DNA of 64,000 nucleotides from a virus: IMG/VR virus record IMGVR_UViG_3300020204_000007, positions 32,001 to 96,000 of that record; one strand, 5' to 3'. Shown piece by piece: positions 57,778 to 64,000 of this stretch (position 1 is its first letter; each line of letters starts with the position of its first letter). The notes under the pieces were generated by a model. It saw only the letters and a program-made list of their open reading frames with translations, ran no database searches and was not told where the DNA came from. The position numbers and the translations under genes were made by a program.

Positions 57778-58539
57778 GTGCTTATTTATGGAATAGCCGC
57801 AACTGAAACAAAAGACAGAACCGGCGAATCAATTGATTTAAACGGCATGGATATTGCAGATATTCGTTTATTAAATGATGAGCACAGTTCGGATAGATTC
57901 TTTGAAATTCTTGGCTATATTGATTTAGCAAAAAAAATCTATTCAGAAAAAGATTGTGAAGATGAATTTCAAATAAAATGCTGGAACTCATTAAAAAAAC
58001 CTTTTTTATACATATCTGGCAAGTTGATGGACGATCACCCAAATGCACAAAGTGCATCTTCGCTAATCAAATTTAGTATGCAAAATCCAAATTATCCAGT
58101 TGGGTTGTCTGTAGAAGGTATGACAATAGAAAGACAAGGACAAAAACTTGTCAAAACTAAAGTAAAAAATGTTTCTTTAACTATTAAACCCGCAAATCCA
58201 GAATGTAAAATCTTTTCAAAAACAGATTTAACAAAAAGTTTTGATAAAGTAGATCTTCCCGAGAAATATAAAAATATTCATGAATCAAGAAAGCAATTCC
58301 GAGAGCTTCCTTCTAAGCGCATGAGGCTCTTAGCAAAAAGTGAATTGCTTAATGATTTAGTCAGTCTTGCAAAATCTGGCGATAATTTACAAATTTCTGG
58401 CGCTACTATTATGAAGTGCTGGAATTGCGGGGAAGGTAAAGCGTTTTTAAAGAGCAGATTGCCAAACCGCTGCCCTGCTTGCAATGAACGATTTACTATG
58501 TCTGATATTTATAAAGCTTTATGTTCTAAAGATGAATAA
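57778..58539 (+). CDS. Prohead (capsid maturation) protease with C-terminal zinc ribbon
   Basis: GIAATETKDRTGE, NDEH, GLSVEG (catalytic Ser), VSLTIKPANP; CWNC...CPAC; AAGGAG SD with GTG start. Confidence 0.85.
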   Translation: MLIYGIAATETKDRTGESIDLNGMDIADIRLLNDEHSSDRFFEILGYIDLAKKIYSEKDCEDEFQIKCWNSLKKPFLYISGKLMDDHPNAQSASSLIKFSMQNPNYPVGLSVEGMTIERQGQKLVKTKVKNVSLTIKPANPECKIFSKTDLTKSFDKVDLPEKYKNIHESRKQFRELPSKRMRLLAKSELLNDLVSLAKSGDNLQISGATIMKCWNCGEGKAFLKSRLPNRCPACNERFTMSDIYKALCSKDE

Positions 58540-58553
58540 GAGGGCTCAAGAAA

Positions 58554-58958
58554 ATGTCTTCAGGATTATTTGTACGAGATAACTCTAGGCTAAGAAGCGA
58601 ATATTCGGAGCTTTGGGCCCCAGGAGCAACTTCTGTGCCCGCAGGTGCTGCTCTGTTACCATTAACTGCTATTGATGCTGCTAATGCAAAACGTTTGATT
58701 AAAACTTCGCAGGAATCAAAAATACTGTATATTCACAACGGTATGAATGTAGAGCTAGATATCTGGGTATCGTCTAACGATCTAAGCCAAACAAAACAAA
58801 GATGGATGTCTATTGGGCCAGGGCAAGCGTTCAATTTTGACTTAGCTTCTAACAACCTTTTATTAGAAGCTGGTGCTGAAATCTATGTGAGTTACAGTGG
58901 TGGTGGATCTGCTCTTTCTTATCCAAACACCCGTATTCGTTTATTTACATGGGGTTAA
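58554..58958 (+). CDS. Probable virion protein
   Basis: Beta-rich; late operon context. Confidence 0.6.
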   Translation: MSSGLFVRDNSRLRSEYSELWAPGATSVPAGAALLPLTAIDAANAKRLIKTSQESKILYIHNGMNVELDIWVSSNDLSQTKQRWMSIGPGQAFNFDLASNNLLLEAGAEIYVSYSGGGSALSYPNTRIRLFTWG

Positions 58959-58961
58959 TCA

Positions 58962-59702
58962 ATGGGCGGTTATGCAATTAATTTTCCCCCTAGTTTTGAG
59001 TTAACTCAAGCAAATAGCTCTACTATTGGCGGACTTTCAGATCAAATTATTTTTAATTGCACAGGCTTGAATGCTCTTCGTATTCAAGCAATCGGTGCAT
59101 CTCCAATGGATAGTATTTCAGTTTTTGTTTCAATGGATGGAATTAATTATTCTGCCGTGCAAACAATTTTAGGAAATACGCCGTTCTTTTGCAGCGTGCA
59201 TAACTGGGTTTATGCAAAAATAAAACCGGACAATTTTACTGGTACGCCATATCAAATTTTTTGGAAGGGCGATACAAGTAACATCTCTCCAAAAATTAAC
59301 CAAGATGGCTCTCTAAACGTAAATATTTCTGCAACTTCCGTTGAAGATTCAGATATTGCCCGCAATTTTTTCGGTTCTGTAAATGGTGTACCTGCAAATG
59401 TTGAAACTCAAATTGTGCAGTACACGGTTCCTGCTGGTAAACGGGCTGTGATTGTCAGAGCAGAATACTCTGGTGAACAAATCGGTTTATATAAAGTTTA
59501 TATCGATAACATTCAACAAGCCGCTAGAAGAACTCATCATGGCATTGGATTAACTGGACAATTTGAATTTACTGATGCAATTTCTTCTGGTATGATTGCA
59601 CCATCTGGTTCTACTGTCAAAGTAACTGTAATACATGGTCGCCCAGGCTTAGGTCAGTTTGATGCAAGAATCCAAATCGTTGAACAAATAACAACTGTGT
59701 AA
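58962..59702 (+). CDS. Probable virion protein
   Basis: INQDGSLNV linker and beta-sandwich C-terminal domain. Confidence 0.6.
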   Translation: MGGYAINFPPSFELTQANSSTIGGLSDQIIFNCTGLNALRIQAIGASPMDSISVFVSMDGINYSAVQTILGNTPFFCSVHNWVYAKIKPDNFTGTPYQIFWKGDTSNISPKINQDGSLNVNISATSVEDSDIARNFFGSVNGVPANVETQIVQYTVPAGKRAVIVRAEYSGEQIGLYKVYIDNIQQAARRTHHGIGLTGQFEFTDAISSGMIAPSGSTVKVTVIHGRPGLGQFDARIQIVEQITTV

Positions 59703-59718
59703 TAGGGATATATTAAAA

Positions 59719-59895
59719 ATGTCTGTTGAAATTCAAAAGAAAAAAGCTTCCGCAGAATTAGCAAGAGTTACTGCGGCTAGATTAGAAATGGAAGTAAAGC
59801 TAGCGGAACTAGAAGAAGCTATTGAAAGAATTAAAAAAGAAATCAATATTCAAACACAAAAAGAAGAAGAATTAAAGCAGAAAGTAACTTTGTGA
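59719..59895 (+). CDS. 58-aa coiled-coil protein (MSVEIQKKKASAELARV...)
   Basis: Manual translation, below the track cut-off; AGGG SD. Confidence 0.65.
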   Translation: MSVEIQKKKASAELARVTAARLEMEVKLAELEEAIERIKKEINIQTQKEEELKQKVTL

Positions 59896-59906
59896 CAGCA
59901 GAGTAT

Positions 59907-59940
59907 GATATTATTATCTAGATATTATTATCTAGATATT
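59907..59940. repeat. 14-bp direct repeat gatattattatcta (2.4 copies) in a promoter region
   Basis: Read directly. Confidence 0.85.
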
Positions 59941-59964
59941 TTTTTCTAAAGGAGTTTTTGTAAA

Positions 59965-60726
59965 ATGGCTGATTATAATTCAAGTTTGCCTATTAGAACT
60001 GAAGGCGACCCTCAAGAGAAAGTACAATCTAAGATTGTAGACTTTACTGACCCCTCTAAAGGTCAGATTGTTGATACTGATGGTAACGCGCATGTAGAAA
60101 TGCACGGTAATGACCCATCATCTACAGACCAAGTGCTACGACTCAGCGAAGAGGGCGCGTTAACTCCAGACGGTGTTTATAGCGCATCTGGAAATAGTAA
60201 ACCAGGTAATGTTGGTCTTGTTGCTAGTGAACGAAGCGAAAGCCCAGACCATAATACTCAGACTCAACGCCTTACATCCGTCACTCAGGGCAATAAGCGT
60301 CTTCTAGACGTTTCTATCCATGATGAAAATGGACAAGTGTTTTCTGCATCAAACCCGCTTCCTGTTACTTCTGTTGATTCAGAAGGGGATGAAGTAAACG
60401 CGTTTGATTCAGCCTCTACCGTTGCAGCTGGTTCATCAGCAGATATCGAGTACGTAGTTTCTGCTAGTAAAGTTTTAAAATTGTCACAAGTTCATGTTTC
60501 TGCTTCTGGTAAAGTTAAGGCAGAAATTAAAGTTGAATCAGCAGCTGGCTCTGGATCTTTTGCAACAAAATTTGTGATGTTTAACTCATCTGCAAACCCA
60601 AATATCCTTGCTGGTATTGGAGAAAATGTTTCTGTTTCAGCTGGTGCTAAAGTGCGAGTTACAATTACAAATAGAGATACGTCTCCAATGGATTTGTACT
60701 GCACAATCTGTGGCCACGAAATTTAA
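59965..60726 (+). CDS. Probable virion protein
   Basis: AAGGAG SD; SASNPLPV linker and beta C-terminal domain. Confidence 0.65.
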   Translation: MADYNSSLPIRTEGDPQEKVQSKIVDFTDPSKGQIVDTDGNAHVEMHGNDPSSTDQVLRLSEEGALTPDGVYSASGNSKPGNVGLVASERSESPDHNTQTQRLTSVTQGNKRLLDVSIHDENGQVFSASNPLPVTSVDSEGDEVNAFDSASTVAAGSSADIEYVVSASKVLKLSQVHVSASGKVKAEIKVESAAGSGSFATKFVMFNSSANPNILAGIGENVSVSAGAKVRVTITNRDTSPMDLYCTICGHEI

Positions 60727-60809
60727 TAGTCATTAATTAATAATTAATGCAAAAAGTAGTAGCCGAGGAGAAATCACTCGGCTATAACTTTATTGAAGGA
60801 TTTTATTCA

Positions 60810-61196
60810 ATGGGTGATTTAAATTCTCTGGAATCTTCTGATACCATTAAAATTGCCGGGGCGAATAGTTCTGGACAAGAAACTAATTTCGTAAATTCTT
60901 CGCCTAATGGCGATTTACAAACAACAGATATTATGAATACAGCCGCAGTCAGTGGAATTATTTCACTAACTGCGACCCCTGTTGCTTTAAAAATCGGCTC
61001 ATCAAATCTAGAAAACAGAAAATACATAATCCTTCAAGGTCTCACAAGTTCGATCCTTTGGGGATTTTCTGAAAGTAGTCAGACATTTGATATTTTTAAA
61101 AACCAATTTGTTATGTTACCATGCGGGTCAAACATAACAATTTATGCTAAGGTGACGGCAGGCTCTGGACAAATTTCTGTTGGAGAACTTAGCTGA
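60810..61196 (+). CDS. Probable virion protein
   Basis: AAGGA SD before ATG 60810. Confidence 0.6.
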   Translation: MGDLNSLESSDTIKIAGANSSGQETNFVNSSPNGDLQTTDIMNTAAVSGIISLTATPVALKIGSSNLENRKYIILQGLTSSILWGFSESSQTFDIFKNQFVMLPCGSNITIYAKVTAGSGQISVGELS

Positions 61197-61753
61197 TGCC
61201 AGCACCGTTTATTACCTATGCAATAAACCCAAAATTATTTAACACCACTGAACAGTCATTAATTTATATTACCGAAGAAGAAGCCGCTTCTGGCAGAGTT
61301 GACATTACTTATTTTAATGAGATAACTCCTCTGTTTTTGACACTTGATCGCCTTTGTTTAGTGCAAAGTGTTGATTATGAAATTATTAAAGAAGATAGTT
61401 CTACGTTTATTCAATTTATGAACGAAGTTGCCCCTTCTGGTGTTTCTGCTCTAGAAGCTGGAGAAATATTAACTTTTGTTTACAATTCAGTCGCTACTGA
61501 ATCTAATACTCGCCAGCTCCAATACACACTCACACCGCAGCAATGTGCAGAAAATAGAATTGACGTTACCCAAGATGGTAATTTTTCCGTTTTAATGATT
61601 GCTTTAGATAGAATTTGTTTGACTCAAAATCTTGACTATGAATTACAAATTTTAGGTTCAAAAAAATATCTATATTTTATAAATGAACTATCTCAGTCTG
61701 GAAATCAAGCGATTGAGCCCGGCGAAGTTGTTACGATAGTTATAAAAGATTGA
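61196..61753 (+). CDS. Protein made of two copies of an ~85-aa domain shared with the fibre C-terminus
   Basis: LDR.CL.Q..DYE...F.NE...SG..A.E.GE occurs twice. Confidence 0.7.
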   Translation: MPAPFITYAINPKLFNTTEQSLIYITEEEAASGRVDITYFNEITPLFLTLDRLCLVQSVDYEIIKEDSSTFIQFMNEVAPSGVSALEAGEILTFVYNSVATESNTRQLQYTLTPQQCAENRIDVTQDGNFSVLMIALDRICLTQNLDYELQILGSKKYLYFINELSQSGNQAIEPGEVVTIVIKD

Positions 61754-61817
61754 TTATAAAACACATTTATGTGCTATTATAAACAATAATTAAGCGCATA
61801 AAAGCAGGATAGTTTAC

Positions 61818-62150
61818 ATGGAAAATAATTCTGTTAATAATTTTGTTTTATCTGAAAGAATAAATAATATTTCAGATAAAATTGAAAATGTTGATGATCA
61901 GTTAATCAGAATGAATGAAACTATCAACACTTTAGCTATGCTTAGTGTTAAACAAAATACAATCCTTGAACAACAAGAAAAAATTTTAGAGCAAAATACT
62001 GAATCATTAAAAGAACATATGCGTCGTACAGATCTCTTAGAAAGAGATTCAACACAATTTAAATCTGCGGTTTCGTTTATAAAATGGGGCATTGGAATTC
62101 TTGTGTCTGGCGGAATGGCTCTCATATTAAAATTAATTTTTGGTATTTAA
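61818..62150 (+). CDS. Coiled-coil protein with C-terminal transmembrane helix (XhlA/holin-like)
   Basis: Heptads followed by FIKWGIGILVSGGMALILKLIFGI. Confidence 0.55.
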   Translation: MENNSVNNFVLSERINNISDKIENVDDQLIRMNETINTLAMLSVKQNTILEQQEKILEQNTESLKEHMRRTDLLERDSTQFKSAVSFIKWGIGILVSGGMALILKLIFGI

Positions 62151-62993
62151 ATGTCTATTACAATAGATTCAACATTTCCGCATTATTCAAATACAGAAGA
62201 CAACAGTTCTGTAGAAATCGAAGGCAGCTTTAAACGATTTCGTGCAATGGTTAATCCAAGTGATGTTTTACAATTTGGATTAGTCGGTATTCCTAAAATA
62301 TTTCCAATGACAAATGAACAAATCACAGAAGAGTATGTTGGTTTTCATTTGCAAGCAGCAATTTCTCAGCTAGAAATGCAAGGAATGATGCTTAGTCCAG
62401 TCATTACATATATGATTGAAGACTTTAATGACGAAGGATTAGGCGGAACTAGATTTTTCCCTCTTCTACCCAAAAAATATCCATTAAGAAAAATTGAATA
62501 TATCGAACTTAGATTTCCTAATGGCACACGTGATCCATCAACTTTAGTGTACCGCATTCCTGATTCTTGGATCAGTTGGGAACCAAATATTAGTAAAGTA
62601 AATGTAATTGCGACGACTGGTGTTTTAGCACCAACAATTGTGCAGGGAAGCGCTAATATTCCAATGTTTAATCTGTCCCTTACAAGCTATAGACCCTCTG
62701 GCATCCGCATGGCTTATCAGGCTGGATTCGATCAGGATAAGCTACCAATGGTTGTATGGCAGTTGATTTTAGATTTAACCACCTTCAATATTCTGTCCGA
62801 ATTAGGCCCATTGTTATTTCCTACTACTGGTATCACAGTAAGCGTGGATAGCTTATCCCAATCTGGCCAACTTCCCGGACCGCGTATTTTTGAAGCGCGT
62901 TTAAATTCTTTAATCCAACGAATCGAAAAAAATAAACAGCTCATAGCTGGTTATTACGGTAAGCAAATTACCTGTGAGTTCGCGGGGATTTAA
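62151..62993 (+). CDS. Probable head-tail adaptor protein
   Basis: AAISQLE, Y.AGF...LP and SVDSLSQS resemble myovirus adaptor motifs. Confidence 0.6.
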   Translation: MSITIDSTFPHYSNTEDNSSVEIEGSFKRFRAMVNPSDVLQFGLVGIPKIFPMTNEQITEEYVGFHLQAAISQLEMQGMMLSPVITYMIEDFNDEGLGGTRFFPLLPKKYPLRKIEYIELRFPNGTRDPSTLVYRIPDSWISWEPNISKVNVIATTGVLAPTIVQGSANIPMFNLSLTSYRPSGIRMAYQAGFDQDKLPMVVWQLILDLTTFNILSELGPLLFPTTGITVSVDSLSQSGQLPGPRIFEARLNSLIQRIEKNKQLIAGYYGKQITCEFAGI

Positions 62994-63457
62994 TGTTCAT
63001 AATATATACCGATGGATCATCTTCTCAAGGGCATCACAACTCTTGGAAAGGCGGATACGCTTTTATTATCTTAAAAGAAGACGGTTCGACTCTAACAGAA
63101 GGCGCCGGTAGCCATGAATGCGGAACGAATAACCGCATGGAAATTATGGCCGTATTAGAGGCGCTTAAATGTTTGCCTAAAAATAGTATTGTCACAATTA
63201 AAACTGATAGTCAGTACATCATTCGAGCATTTAAAAATAAATGGGTCGAACGTTGGGAAAAAAATGATTGGAAGACTTGCAGCGGCAAGCTTGCACGCAA
63301 TAAAGATTTGTGGCAAGAACTTCTCCCTTTAGTCAAAATCCAGAATATAAACTGGGAATGGGTCAAAGGGCACAGTGGCGTGTATCATAACGAGTACGTT
63401 GACCTACGAGCAAAGGAACAGCGTACATGTCTATATCTGAAGAAAAAAACGATTTAA
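62993..63457 (+). CDS. rnhA: Ribonuclease HI
   Basis: YTDGS, TNNRMEI, TDSQY, NKDLW, WVKGHSG and NEYVD motifs. Confidence 0.95.
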   Translation: MFIIYTDGSSSQGHHNSWKGGYAFIILKEDGSTLTEGAGSHECGTNNRMEIMAVLEALKCLPKNSIVTIKTDSQYIIRAFKNKWVERWEKNDWKTCSGKLARNKDLWQELLPLVKIQNINWEWVKGHSGVYHNEYVDLRAKEQRTCLYLKKKTI

Positions 63458-63642
63458 TTGAAATTACTCTATATTCTCCATTCTTAATTCGAGAAGGAAT
63501 GAGCATAGATCATTGTTTCTCTTCTTTAGAAGAGCTAGATCGCGTTTGGGGCGAACAGTATTCTGAATATTACAAATATAATATCTGGATAGTTAGAGCT
63601 GAAAAAATTCATATATCAAAAAAAGGACAGGCAAGCGGATGA
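63427..63642 (+). CDS. Hypothetical protein
   Basis: AAGGA SD; overlaps both neighbours. Confidence 0.55.
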   Translation: MSISEEKNDLIEITLYSPFLIREGMSIDHCFSSLEELDRVWGEQYSEYYKYNIWIVRAEKIHISKKGQASG

Positions 63643-63962
63643 GCCAAACTGTTGTAAGGTTTTTATTTAATCCTGCCTTTGCACAAACTGGTGGTACTCC
63701 GCGTGCTCTCACGGCAATTTTATTTAGATCTGAAGATAAAGATAATTCTTTGTACGTTAAAAAACATTTAGATTTATCATATTTGCCAGGACTATTTCCT
63801 CTCTCTAAAGAGAATAGCGAATTTTTAAATGCCATTTGCAATAAAGACTGGCAAGTAGAAGAAGGCATTTCTATGCTTTCGACATTTGCAAAAATAGACA
63901 CAACCAATAAACTAAATAGTGAAATCAATGGATTTATAGATTTTTGTATGAGGTTTATATAA
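63639..63962 (+). CDS. Hypothetical protein
   Basis: ATGA overlap; the next ORF starts at the TAATG junction near the window end. Confidence 0.6.
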   Translation: MSQTVVRFLFNPAFAQTGGTPRALTAILFRSEDKDNSLYVKKHLDLSYLPGLFPLSKENSEFLNAICNKDWQVEEGISMLSTFAKIDTTNKLNSEINGFIDFCMRFI

Positions 63963-64000
63963 TGTCAAAAAAAAATGAAAAACGTGATGATGAAAAATTT

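Noticed and set aside
1-64000. Stop-codon reassignment, tRNA genes, or prophage integration features
   Set aside because: Conserved genes are full length under the standard code and TAA, TAG and TGA all end genes; no tRNA cloverleaf, integrase or att site was recognised by eye.

Overview
This is a 64-kb segment of a large, AT-rich lytic dsDNA phage of myovirus type. The capsid, portal, prohead protease and sheath resemble those of SPO1/Twort-type viruses, but the gene order is scrambled and switches strand often. Morphogenesis genes include terminase, portal, prohead protease, a scaffold-like protein, major capsid protein, neck proteins, tail sheath and two fibre/spike proteins. Replication and recombination genes include DnaB helicase, Toprim primase, an AEP-like protein, gp32-like SSB, RecA, a UvsY-like protein, SbcCD, RNase H and a stand-alone DnaE C-terminal module. 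Nucleotide metabolism genes are nrdAB, an IMPDH/GMP reductase and a dCMP deaminase; GroEL-like and ClpP-like proteins are also present. The most notable element is a putative thymidine-hypermodification system split over two loci. The first locus (3.2-8.3 kb) has FAD oxidoreductase, amino acid:DNA transferase, P-loop kinase and deaminase genes converging on an amidoligase plus LMW phosphatase pair. The second (47.2-48.7 kb) has an aGPT-Pplase1/HMUDK-helical gene and a 2OG-Fe(II) oxygenase gene inserted between the candidate terS and terL. A recurring [LVMI]-x-K-[SA] motif marks the capsid, scaffold, portal, protease and several non-structural-looking proteins, suggesting protease-processed head cargo. 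No tRNA, rRNA, CRISPR array or integrase was seen. All family calls come from motif recognition by eye, not from database searches.
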